A DNA stretch of 64,000 bases from an uncultured Anaerolineaceae bacterium (GTDB lineage Bacteria; Chloroflexota; Anaerolineae; Anaerolineales; Villigracilaceae): NCBI GenBank assembly GCA_964581545.1, contig CAZOOX010000001.1, forward strand, positions 440 through 64,439, given 5' to 3'. Shown in pieces: positions 38,821 to 47,654 of the stretch. Each line of letters opens with the position of its first letter. Positions within the stretch are counted from its first letter, which is position 1. The notes beneath the pieces are model-generated. The model was not told where the DNA came from and ran no database searches. It saw only the letters and a program-made list of their open reading frames with translations. The position numbers and the translations under genes are program-made.

Positions 38821-38848
38821 GACAGCGGTTTGGGAGACCGCCACCAGC
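38821..38848 (+). repeat. cassette-boundary direct repeat, solo copy 3
   Basis: GACAGCGGTTTGGGAGACCGCCACCAGC followed by non-RHS sequence and the gltA terminator. Confidence 0.9.
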
Positions 38849-38854
38849 GTAAAT

Positions 38855-38893
38855 AAAAAGAGCAGACTTTGCGAAAAAATCTGCTCTTTTTAT
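38855..38893. terminator. bidirectional intrinsic terminator (ends gltA)
   Basis: AAAGAGCAGA-12 nt-TCTGCTCTTT with flanking A and T runs. Confidence 0.8.
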
Positions 38894-38911
38894 TTGTATC
38901 TTTTTCGTTAT

Positions 38912-40210
38912 TTACTTAGCTGCAATATCTTCCAACATTGCGGTTGTGAGTGATTTCGGTCGTTCAAGGGGTTGACCAAGAGCACGTGCCCAAACGTAGT
39001 TGGCGGTTACGCCGAGGGCGCGGCCAACACCGAAGAGAACGGTGTAGAAATCAACTTTGTTGATTCCATAGTGGTATTGAAGTGCACCACTGACAGCATC
39101 TACATTAGGCCAAGGATTCTTGGCTTTACCCTGTTCTTTTAGTACAGAGGGGATAACGTCATCCATAAGTTCGACGATCTTGAAAAGCTCGTCATCGGCG
39201 AAGTGTTTCTTGCCAAAGTTGAACTGTTGGGTATATCGGGGATCGGGAACGCGCAAAACAGCGTGCCCATAACCGGGGATAACGCGGCCACTATTGAGTG
39301 TATCCCAGGCATATTGGGTCAATTCTTTTTTGGTCGGTACGCCGCCAAATTCCTCTTGAATACCCATCACAAAAGCCAGGCAGTTTTGATTCGCCAAACC
39401 GTGCAAAGGACCAGCCAAGCCGTTCATTGAAGAAGAGAAGGCGTAGAAAATATCGGCGAGTGATGAGCCAACCAGGTGCATGGTGTGGGCGCTAACATTG
39501 CCTGATTCATGGTCTGCATGCAGGATGAAATAGAGGCGAGCCATATCTTCATATTTTTTATCTTTAACACCCATCATGCGGGCAAAATTTGCACCATAAT
39601 CTGCTTTGGGGTCATAGAATGGTTCGCCCTTATCGCCGTATTTCAAACGATAAATAAAGGCAGCGATAACGCCCAATTTACTGGTCAGGTACATTGCGTC
39701 GTCCAAAGCGGGTCGCCACAAAGCTTTTTTGCTCATGCCTTCAGCATAGCGTTTTGCAAATTTCGATTCCACTTGAAGGCTCAAAATGGCTTGGGAGAAA
39801 AGAGCCATCGGGTGTGTATCATTAGGCATGCCACGTAATATCTTGAAAACATGCTCTGGTACTTCACTGGCCCTTGCCCATTCTGCTTCAACTTCTAATG
39901 CCTGTTCTTCAGTAGGAAATTCGCCAACCATAAGTAAGTAATAAAGACCGCCTACATAGGGTATTTCAGCGCCTTCTGGTTTTGGCAATTTCTCCAAGAC
40001 AACAGGAAGTGTGTGTCCACGATAGCGGATGCCTTCGTTAGGGTCAACAAAAGAAATATCCGTTACAAGGGCTTTTACGCTTCGCATACCGCCATAAATT
40101 TGGCTGATGGTCACTTCACCCGCTACTTTATCGCCATTCTCTTTCAATAGTTTTGTGACACGAGTACGCCAACTCTCTAATTGTGCATCTATTTTGTTGT
40201 GTAATATCAT
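38912..40210 (-). CDS. gltA: citrate synthase
   Basis: 432 aa. LHADHE..NVS, GPLHGLANQ and PGYGHAVLR signatures. Confidence 0.9.
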   Translation of the reverse strand: MILHNKIDAQLESWRTRVTKLLKENGDKVAGEVTISQIYGGMRSVKALVTDISFVDPNEGIRYRGHTLPVVLEKLPKPEGAEIPYVGGLYYLLMVGEFPTEEQALEVEAEWARASEVPEHVFKILRGMPNDTHPMALFSQAILSLQVESKFAKRYAEGMSKKALWRPALDDAMYLTSKLGVIAAFIYRLKYGDKGEPFYDPKADYGANFARMMGVKDKKYEDMARLYFILHADHESGNVSAHTMHLVGSSLADIFYAFSSSMNGLAGPLHGLANQNCLAFVMGIQEEFGGVPTKKELTQYAWDTLNSGRVIPGYGHAVLRVPDPRYTQQFNFGKKHFADDELFKIVELMDDVIPSVLKEQGKAKNPWPNVDAVSGALQYHYGINKVDFYTVLFGVGRALGVTANYVWARALGQPLERPKSLTTAMLEDIAAK

Positions 40211-40275
40211 TTAATTCTCCTCGACTTATAAATAAAAAAACAGCCGCATCCTTTGACGACATGCGGCTATTTTTG

Positions 40276-41211
40276 TTAGAGTTCAACCAAAGCTTTAAGT
40301 TCTTCGACGCTCTTTGCAACTGCATCAGCCGATGCTTGTAAGGCAGCCATTTCTTCTTCATTCAAATCATATTCAATGACCTTTTCAACGCCATCTTTGC
40401 CAAGCATGGCAGGAACACCAAAGAAGATGCCTTCTTGCCCATATTCACCATTTAAGTATACAGCACAGGGAAGGATGAGTTTGCGGTCAGACAAAATGGC
40501 TTCAGCCATTTGTACCACAGCCATTGAAGGCGCATAGAAAGCGGAGCCGGTTTTCAACAAACCAACGATCTCGCCGCCGCCTTTGCGGGTGCGGTTTACA
40601 ATGGCTTCCAACTTATCAGCTTCAATATATTTTTCAAGCGGAACACCAGCGATATTTGAGTGGCGGGTCAGCGGAACCATCGAGTCACCATGACCACCAA
40701 GAACGAAGCAATTGATATTTTGTACACTAACACGCGTTTCCATCGCGATGAATGCGCTCATGCGAGCAGAATCCAAAACGCCAGCCTGACCAAGAACCTT
40801 ATTAGCGGGCAAGCCCGTCTTTTTCATGGTCATAAAGGTCATGGTATCGAGGGGGTTGGTCAGAACAATATAGGTTGCATTTGGCGAATACTTAATGGTC
40901 TCTTCAGCAACTGAGCCAACGATATTGGCATTCTTGAGCAAAAGGTCTTCACGGCTCATCCCGGGTTTGCGGGGCAAGCCAGCGGTGATAACGACAATAT
41001 CCGAACCTTTGGTATCCGCATAATCGTTCGTACCGGTAATTTTTGCATCTTTGCCAATAATGGGCATCGCTTCATATAGATCAAGGGCTTTACCTTGCGG
41101 CATGCCTTCCATGATGTCAACCAAAACAACATCAGCGATCTCACGTTCAGCGATCCAATGTGCAGCGGTGGAGCCGGTCATTCCGGCACCAATTACAGAA
41201 ATCTTTGCCAT
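40276..41211 (-). CDS. mdh: malate dehydrogenase (LDH-like type)
   Basis: KISVIGAGMTGSTAA.., ITAGLPRKPGMSREDLL, GGHGDSMVP. Confidence 0.9.
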   Translation of the reverse strand: MAKISVIGAGMTGSTAAHWIAEREIADVVLVDIMEGMPQGKALDLYEAMPIIGKDAKITGTNDYADTKGSDIVVITAGLPRKPGMSREDLLLKNANIVGSVAEETIKYSPNATYIVLTNPLDTMTFMTMKKTGLPANKVLGQAGVLDSARMSAFIAMETRVSVQNINCFVLGGHGDSMVPLTRHSNIAGVPLEKYIEADKLEAIVNRTRKGGGEIVGLLKTGSAFYAPSMAVVQMAEAILSDRKLILPCAVYLNGEYGQEGIFFGVPAMLGKDGVEKVIEYDLNEEEMAALQASADAVAKSVEELKALVEL

Positions 41212-41362
41212 ATCTCCTCCAATGGAAATTAAAAATTATTATACAAAAAGTAACCGTCCAATCAGTTACAAAATAGCCTGTGTAAGAATACTATATTGTG
41301 CTTTTAGCGAATAGTTTATTTTGTCATATTTTGAATATGTGAAAATGATACCAGATACTCAT

Positions 41363-41401
41363 AAAAAAAGAAGTTTTGACACAAACTTATGTCAAAACTT
41401 C
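41363..41401 (-). terminator. intrinsic terminator after trxB
   Basis: GAAGTTTTGACA-loop-TGTCAAAACTTC, with a U-run on the minus strand. Confidence 0.8.
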
Positions 41402-41416
41402 CTTGTGTTGAAAAAG

Positions 41417-42358
41417 CTACAAACCTTTTTCCTCGATATAGCGGATGGCCTGGATAGCCGCCCCCGCGCCCATTCCTGCAGATGTGATCACCTGTCTGAA
41501 ATGCGGATCAGCGACTTCGCCCGCTGCGTAAACGCCCTCGATTTGGGTTTGCATCAGCCCATCAACAACGATGTAGCCTTGATCATCGAGGGCCAATTTT
41601 CCTTCGAAAAGCTCAGTATTTGGCGTATGACCAATAAAGATGAAAACACCCTCGGTTTCGATAGCAGATTCTGCTCCGGTCTTCACGTTTTTAACTTTAA
41701 CGGTATCAACTTTCTCTCCGGTAGGGATTTCAATGAGAACCGTATCCCAGACGAAGTGAATTTTCGGGTTCTCCTCTGCGCGCTTTTTGAGAATCGACCC
41801 GGCTCTTAATTCATCCCGCCTGTGGGCGATAGTTACTTTGCTGGCATGGCGTGTCAGGTAAAGGGCTTCTTCGAGCGCACTATCTCCACCGCCGACGACG
41901 AGTACATCCATATCTCCGAAAAAGTGTCCGTCACAAGTAGCGCAGTACGATACACCGCGCCCAATCATCTCTTCTTCGCCGGGAATATCAAGCGTGACCG
42001 CTGCTGCGCCAGTCGTGATAATGAGCGTATCGGCTGTAAATTCTTCGCCATAGGTTTTGACCTTATAAGGCTTTTCAGAAAAGTCAACTTCGGTCGCTAG
42101 ATCGAAGATCACCTCTGTACCAAAGCGTTCTGCCTGCTCATGAAAAGCCTTCACCAAACCCTCGCCAGAAATGCCTTCAGGGAAGCCGGGATAATTCTCT
42201 ACAGCGTGTGTTTTTGAAACTTGCCCGCCTAGGTCCATGCCCGTTAATACAATAGGGTCAAGATTTGCCCGCGCGGCATAAAGCGCAGCCGCCAGCCCGG
42301 CAGGCCCAGAGCCAATGATAAGAATTTTTGTGTGGCGGGGTGTGCTTTCTTCTGTCAT
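41417..42358 (-). CDS. trxB: thioredoxin-disulfide reductase, NADPH-type
   Basis: IIGSGPAGLAAALYAAR, redox CATCDG, VVGGGDSALEEA, HRRDELRA. Confidence 0.9.
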   Translation of the reverse strand: MTEESTPRHTKILIIGSGPAGLAAALYAARANLDPIVLTGMDLGGQVSKTHAVENYPGFPEGISGEGLVKAFHEQAERFGTEVIFDLATEVDFSEKPYKVKTYGEEFTADTLIITTGAAAVTLDIPGEEEMIGRGVSYCATCDGHFFGDMDVLVVGGGDSALEEALYLTRHASKVTIAHRRDELRAGSILKKRAEENPKIHFVWDTVLIEIPTGEKVDTVKVKNVKTGAESAIETEGVFIFIGHTPNTELFEGKLALDDQGYIVVDGLMQTQIEGVYAAGEVADPHFRQVITSAGMGAGAAIQAIRYIEEKGL

Positions 42359-42469
42359 TTTTTCTCCTGAACGTAAAGCGTATTTCGTATTGCGTCAAGA
42401 TTTTGTTTACCAATCAAGACTTTTAATCAAAGTCATCCGGGTTCGCGATGACATTACGCAATACGCACT

Positions 42470-43438
42470 TTATAAGTTTTGCAAATACTCTCTTATCGCA
42501 ACAGCTGCTTTTGCACCATCACCTACTGCAACTGCAATCTGTGCCAGATTTTCTGAAACAACATCACCTGCAGCGAAGATGCCGGGGACAGAGGTTTTCA
42601 TATGTTTATCAGCGATGATATAGCCATAATCATCAAGGTTGACCAAACCCTCTACAAAGCTGGTATAAGGTTTATAGCCAACATAAATGAAAATTGCTGC
42701 AGCGGGAATTTCTACAAGCTCGTCCGTTTCGCGGTTTTTGACAACCAAAGATTTGACTAATTTTTCACCTTTTACTTCTGTTGCCATATGCGAGAATTTG
42801 CAAACAGTCTTTTCGTGGCTCCTAACTCTATCCTGGAGAACTTGCTCGGCAATCGAATGATCCAGGAATTCGACAAAGGTTACTTTTTTGGCATATTCGA
42901 GCAAAATTTCTGCTTCTTGTAAGCCTGAATTCCCGCAACCGATAACGACCACCTCTTCATCTTTGTAGAGAGGCCCATCGCAAGTGGCGCAATAGGAAAC
43001 ACCTTTATTATAAAATTCTGCTTCGCCGGGAATGCCGAGCTTTTTTGGCTCGCTACCTGTTGCTAAAAGAACTGTGCGACCTTGGTAGCTTTTCCCCTCG
43101 TCTGTTTCGATGGTGAAAACGCCATCTTCACCTTTTGAGATGTTTTTTACGCCGTCAAATTCTTCGAGCACTGCGCCAAAGCGTTCTGCCTGCTTCTGGA
43201 AGTTTTCCATTAGGACAGGCCCCTCAACACCTTTCGGGAAGCCCGGGTAATTCTCGATCGAATGGGTTGTTGCCGCTAAGCCGCCGCTTGCTTCTTTTTC
43301 AAGGATAAGTGTTTTCCAGCCGTCGCGCGATGAATAAATAGCGGTTGTGAAGCCAGCCGAACCCGCACCAACGATAACAACATCGTAAACTTCGCTTTCG
43401 TCAGCGGCTTCTGAATTGTCTAAATTTAATGAGAACAT
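42470..43438 (-). CDS. thioredoxin-reductase-like flavoprotein lacking the HRRxxxR NADPH motif
   Basis: VIVGAGSAGFTTAIY, CATCDG, VIGCGNSGLQEA, but FLDHSIAEQ where the paralog has HRRDELRA. Confidence 0.7.
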   Translation of the reverse strand: MFSLNLDNSEAADESEVYDVVIVGAGSAGFTTAIYSSRDGWKTLILEKEASGGLAATTHSIENYPGFPKGVEGPVLMENFQKQAERFGAVLEEFDGVKNISKGEDGVFTIETDEGKSYQGRTVLLATGSEPKKLGIPGEAEFYNKGVSYCATCDGPLYKDEEVVVIGCGNSGLQEAEILLEYAKKVTFVEFLDHSIAEQVLQDRVRSHEKTVCKFSHMATEVKGEKLVKSLVVKNRETDELVEIPAAAIFIYVGYKPYTSFVEGLVNLDDYGYIIADKHMKTSVPGIFAAGDVVSENLAQIAVAVGDGAKAAVAIREYLQNL

Positions 43439-43473
43439 TTTTTGTTTCCTCTTTCTGAAAAAATTGGAAGTAG

Positions 43474-43557
43474 CTTAGAACACCTATCCGAAAAACATTT
43501 TAGGATGCTCCCTGCGCCGAGGACGGCGGCTAGAGCAATTTTAGGATAGGTTCTTAG
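43474..43557. repeat. imperfect inverted repeat with internal direct repeat
   Basis: CTTAGAACACCTATCC ... GGATAGGTTCTTAG, with ATTTTAGGAT occurring twice inside. Confidence 0.5.
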
Positions 43558-43665
43558 TCTTTATCTAAAATTGTGTATTTTCTAAAACCTAATGGGAAGG
43601 CATTAGGCATTACGAAATAAACAATCTTTTTTCTAAGATGCGCTACGCTCAACTTCCCTTACAAA

Positions 43666-43715
43666 TAAAAAATGACCAGAGGGCAATCATGGTCTATGTT
43701 CGCTGCTCTGGTCAT
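43666..43715 (-). terminator. intrinsic terminator after groES
   Basis: Minus strand ATGACCAGAG-24 nt-CTCTGGTCAT followed by TTTTTTATTT. Confidence 0.65.
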
Positions 43716-43751
43716 CTTATAAATGGGAGAGTTCTCTCTCCTTTTGTTTAC

Positions 43752-44015
43752 CTATTTTACGATAGCGAGCAAATCGCCATCTTCCATGATGATGTGTTCA
43801 ACGCCATCTAATTTGATCTCGGTACCGGTATATTTTGGGTAAAGGACTTTTTGACCGACTTTGACCACAATTTCTTCGTCACTGCCGATTGCAATAACTT
43901 CACCGATCTGTTGTTTTTCTTTGGCGGAATCAGGCAAGATCAGGCCGCTCGCGGTTTTTGCTTCACTTTCAATGGGGCGCACGAGGACGCGTAATCCTAG
44001 AGGTTCTACATTCAT
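43752..44015 (-). CDS. groES: co-chaperonin GroES
   Basis: PLGLRVLVRPIESEAKTASGLILPDSAKEKQQIGEVIAIG. No groEL adjacent. Confidence 0.9.
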   Translation of the reverse strand: MNVEPLGLRVLVRPIESEAKTASGLILPDSAKEKQQIGEVIAIGSDEEIVVKVGQKVLYPKYTGTEIKLDGVEHIIMEDGDLLAIVK

Positions 44016-44176
44016 CTTATTCTTTCTCCTTGAATTTTATTTCTGCCCGATAACGGACATATCTTTTTAATAACGATGCTATTCTATCAGATGTCTTGGC
44101 AAGCGAAAAGTTACATGCGCTCATTCATATAAAATGCTTATATAAAGAACCTTATTATTTTTTGAAAATGTAAGGC

Positions 44177-45562
44177 TTATTTACGACTAATGCCGATATG
44201 TAGATCCGTGTTCACCGTATTTACAGCCTTATCAGTGATCTTCAATGCCTCATCTATTATAGCTATGCCCTCTGCCAGTTGCTCTTCGGTAATCACCAAT
44301 GGTGGGATGATAAAAGCTTTCTGCCAATGTATAGAGAGATATAAGCCATGCTCAAAACAATACTTTTTGAAGGCATCTATTTCTGGGCTAGAGCGATTAT
44401 AGAGCGACATCGGTTCTTTTGTTTCTTGATTTCTGACAATTTCTATAACACCGAATAGCCCGATAGAGCGGACATCACCCACAGAAGGATGTTTTTCTTT
44501 TAACTCGGATAGCATCCGAGACAAACTTGACCCGAGGCTTGCTGAGCGTTCAATTAACTTATCTTCTCGCAATACATGGATGTTTGCTAACAAGGCCGCC
44601 AAGGAAACAGGATGCGCAGTATAGGTCAGCCCTGAGTTGTAAATATATTCGTCAAAATGAGCAGCGATCTCATCTGTCATCCCGACCGCACCGAGGGGGG
44701 CGTAGGCAGATGTTAGTCCTTTTGCCATGGTAATAAGATCGGGGCGCACATCCCAATTGTCCACGGCGAACCACGCTCCCGTACGTCCGAATCCGGTCAT
44801 CACTTCATCGACGATCATCATAATATTATATTTATCACAGATCTCGCGTACGCCTTGTAAATATCCCTTTGGCGGAATAATAATGCCGTTCTTGCCTGTC
44901 ACAGGCTCAAGGATGATCGCGGCGATGGTTCCGCGCCCCTCATACATGATAATTTCTTCGAGGTGATTGAGATAATCGAGACAAAAATCTTCTTCAGAAA
45001 TATCTGGGGTTGTGCGATGAAAAGTGGAGCGATAGCGGTGGGGGTCAAGAAAATGTACAACGTTCGGCATGAGGTGTGTTTGCCACTCATGTTTGCGGGG
45101 GTCACCGGTTGCCGACATTGCGCCGGTTGTTGCCCCATGATAGGAACGGTAACGAGCAAGGATTTTTTCTTTGCCCGTGTAGGCACGTGCGAGTCTCATG
45201 GCGTTTTCGTTGGCATCTGCACCGCCTAGGGTGAAGAGAAAATGATTGATACCTTCGGGGGTAATCTCTGCCAAAGCTTTGCCTGCCAACGAGCGGATTT
45301 TTGTAGCCATGGCTGGCGCGGCGTAGGGGAGAGTGTCGAGCTGTTCTTTCATCGCATTGATGATGCGCTCGTCTCCATGACCGGCGTTGACACACATGGT
45401 CATCGAAGAAAAATCGAGATAGCGTTTGCCATCAGTATCCCAAAAGTGGACACCTTTGGCACGCACAACGGGAATCGGGTTGACTTTCTTCTGCGCAGAC
45501 CAGGTCCAGAAACCGTGTTCACGCATAAGGGGAAGAATTTTGTCGTTCTCTAGTTCAAGCAT
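44177..45562 (-). CDS. class III (omega-type) pyridoxal-phosphate aminotransferase
   Basis: SGADANENAMRLAR, IVDEVMTGFGRTG, and a conserved Lys in ITMAKGLTS. GAGG lies before the ATG at 45562 (the track start is a TTG 14 codons upstream). Confidence 0.85.
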   Translation of the reverse strand: MLELENDKILPLMREHGFWTWSAQKKVNPIPVVRAKGVHFWDTDGKRYLDFSSMTMCVNAGHGDERIINAMKEQLDTLPYAAPAMATKIRSLAGKALAEITPEGINHFLFTLGGADANENAMRLARAYTGKEKILARYRSYHGATTGAMSATGDPRKHEWQTHLMPNVVHFLDPHRYRSTFHRTTPDISEEDFCLDYLNHLEEIIMYEGRGTIAAIILEPVTGKNGIIIPPKGYLQGVREICDKYNIMMIVDEVMTGFGRTGAWFAVDNWDVRPDLITMAKGLTSAYAPLGAVGMTDEIAAHFDEYIYNSGLTYTAHPVSLAALLANIHVLREDKLIERSASLGSSLSRMLSELKEKHPSVGDVRSIGLFGVIEIVRNQETKEPMSLYNRSSPEIDAFKKYCFEHGLYLSIHWQKAFIIPPLVITEEQLAEGIAIIDEALKITDKAVNTVNTDLHIGISRK

Positions 45563-45732
45563 TTTAGCCTCGTTAATTATGAATTGAGAATGGTCAATTT
45601 CCAACTTAAAAAAGCTTCTTGTACGAGGCGAATCCTATCATAAATGCGTATGATAGGCGTCACTTTTTTTTGGTATTTATGTCTTATTGCAGGAGCTACT
45701 GCGAAGACTTTTCGGGGTTCATAAAAGGATAA

Positions 45733-45772
45733 TAAAACAGCCCCATTTTTGAAAAAATAATGGGGCTGTTAT
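45733..45772. terminator. bidirectional terminator-like hairpin
   Basis: AACAGCCCCATT-loop-AATGGGGCTGTT. Lies 270 nt downstream of the stop of the 306-aa gene. Confidence 0.6.
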
Positions 45773-46041
45773 CAAACAACTATCTTATTCGATTGTCATA
45801 TGCTTTTTTCGACTTTATGCCGCAAGCGCCTGTCTATTGATTTAGCTCGTTAGCTTTCCTGAGAGTGGCTACAGGCGGGGTTTATGGACGAAGGTGCCAG
45901 CGGTTGGAAAGGTTGGATATTTTCTATAAGGACCTCCTTTCGTTAGTTTCTACCATTATTGCTGATATTCACTCTTAAATCAAGTACCTTACAAATTTAT
46001 TTATCAGGATTTGCGAAGTTTGAGAAATTTATTATTTCAAC

Positions 46042-46962
46042 TTATGAGTGAATATCTACGAACTCATTTGTCTGTGTGATCCGAATCTCAGCTTTTGCAA
46101 AATCAGAATTCTTTGTAATCTGATCCTTGATAAAAGAGCGGGTTTCTTCTAAGTCTCCCCTAAATAATCTTTTCAGCGGCTTTCCTTTATCATCAAAAAA
46201 AGTGATTTTGTATCTGTGCGCTCTTTCTGAATAGCGGATGGGCCAATCTGGTAGAGGATCTTCTTGCTGATGTTCTCTATGTATCTTTGTAGAAGAATAA
46301 CGCGATTTCTGGCGTTCCTTTTCTACCCTTTTATCAAATTTCTTTTTTCCTTTTAGATAGCTTTTCTTTTGAGCGGTGGATAAGCTGCCCCAGATCAGTT
46401 CTCTATCTGCTTCGGACATGCGATACAGATAGTCTCTATCTTTTTTCTTTCGCAAAGAAAGCTTGTAGGTATGAGGAATATAATCAATGCCTTCGATATT
46501 CATCAAAGTGAAAAGAGAGAGTAAATTTTTTGGCGAAAAACCGTCGAGTTCTTGATATGCGCGAACATAGGCAGCCACTTGCGCTCTGCTTTTTTCATTG
46601 ACTTGCCAGAGTTCCCCTAAAGATTCGGCCATCATTTCTTGCTTTTGGGCCTTGATCTCTTCTTTTAGTTGCTTGCTTCTTGCTTGCCCTTGCAGTTTAT
46701 TCCCTGTTGCATCATAAACCGCTATCCCAAATTTCTCGATACAACTGGAGCCAACCTGTAAAATAGCCTGTGTTTCGTTATTAACGATCTCAAAATGATA
46801 GCGTAGATTTGAATGCTCACATAGCTGACAACTTTCTATCGGGAAGAGATGGTCAACAAGAACGCCTGTATGCGCCCATTCTCGCAGCGCAGTCTCGAAA
46901 TCGGATTGCTCTTTACTAAAGGGGAGAAGATTTTTTTGTGATATTTCTTGCCAAGAACTCAT
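46042..46962 (-). CDS. hypothetical protein (306 aa), N-terminal Cys-containing domain and Lys/Arg-rich centre
   Basis: CQLCEH..LRYHFEIVN..LQVGSSCIEKFG, then a K/R/E-rich segment. I recognise no family. Starts 10 nt after the upstream gene. Confidence 0.6.
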   Translation of the reverse strand: MSSWQEISQKNLLPFSKEQSDFETALREWAHTGVLVDHLFPIESCQLCEHSNLRYHFEIVNNETQAILQVGSSCIEKFGIAVYDATGNKLQGQARSKQLKEEIKAQKQEMMAESLGELWQVNEKSRAQVAAYVRAYQELDGFSPKNLLSLFTLMNIEGIDYIPHTYKLSLRKKKDRDYLYRMSEADRELIWGSLSTAQKKSYLKGKKKFDKRVEKERQKSRYSSTKIHREHQQEDPLPDWPIRYSERAHRYKITFFDDKGKPLKRLFRGDLEETRSFIKDQITKNSDFAKAEIRITQTNEFVDIHS

Positions 46963-46972
46963 TTCAAAAACC

Positions 46973-47653
46973 CTACAAATCAGCTATTTTATACAAGTTG
47001 GCACGCCCTTCTTTGCCAACTAATTTGACCACATCCGCTTTTCGGAGACAATATGCCATCTTCTGTGCCAGTGCTTTGCTGATACGTAGCTTTTCTGCCA
47101 AATCTTTTGTTGTAAATTCTTCTATGCCATCGGGGAGAAGAGAGAGCCAATCGGATGGCTCTTCAAAGCTGATTTGGTTTACGACATCCAGCAATCGACG
47201 CTCCACAGTGCCCCATCCTTTTCTGCGCCAGTTTTTGTTTTTCTTATATTCTCTGATCTCCTCTTCTTTTGTCATGATAACTTCGAGTGAAAAATTGGGA
47301 TGCGCCAGCAATTGTGGAAAGCTGACCATTTCATAGAAGAGTTCTTCAACGCGTCCTCGTTTGGGTGACTTGCGCCGCGTTCTTTTGTCATTGTCGTTTT
47401 TAGGCAATTTTACGATCCACTTCTCATGGGCAATGGGATATATCAATCGTACGCGATGAGAGCGCAATAACTTTTTCAGCTTTGCCTTAATGGAGGCAAA
47501 ACTCCCCGTCTGGATTTCGATGAGCAGATCACCTTGAACGATGTCGATGAAAAAGCCATCTACTTTGACCTCGAATTTATCCCCGGGTTGCGCAACCCAT
47601 TCTTTCAGCGATGCGTGAAGCGGTTTTTCGTTGAGTATGCCGATATTTGACAT
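46973..47653 (-). CDS. conserved hypothetical protein with PD-(D/E)xK-nuclease-like motif and C-terminal wHTH-like tail
   Basis: VDGFFIDIVQGDLLIEIQTGSF resembles the D..(D/E)-x-K/Q core seen in CoiA-like nucleases. C-terminus FTTKDLAEKLRISKALAQKMAYCLRKADVV. Confidence 0.55.
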   Translation of the reverse strand: MSNIGILNEKPLHASLKEWVAQPGDKFEVKVDGFFIDIVQGDLLIEIQTGSFASIKAKLKKLLRSHRVRLIYPIAHEKWIVKLPKNDNDKRTRRKSPKRGRVEELFYEMVSFPQLLAHPNFSLEVIMTKEEEIREYKKNKNWRRKGWGTVERRLLDVVNQISFEEPSDWLSLLPDGIEEFTTKDLAEKLRISKALAQKMAYCLRKADVVKLVGKEGRANLYKIADL

Positions 47654-47654
47654 T

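Noticed and set aside
34725-38848. The three 26-28 bp direct repeats as a CRISPR-like array.
   Set aside because: The spacing is about 2 kb, not 30-40 bp. The intervening sequence is protein-coding, and the repeat itself is part of an RHS reading frame.
41212-41416. 162-aa plus-strand ORF 41321..41809 as a gene between mdh and trxB.
   Set aside because: Most of it is antisense to trxB. The intergenic part is AT-rich promoter and terminator sequence.
45860-45930. TPP riboswitch suggested by a CTGAGA motif.
   Set aside because: The companion conserved elements (GGGGTGC... and ACCTGATCTGGATAATGCC) are absent, and no thiamine-related gene is adjacent.
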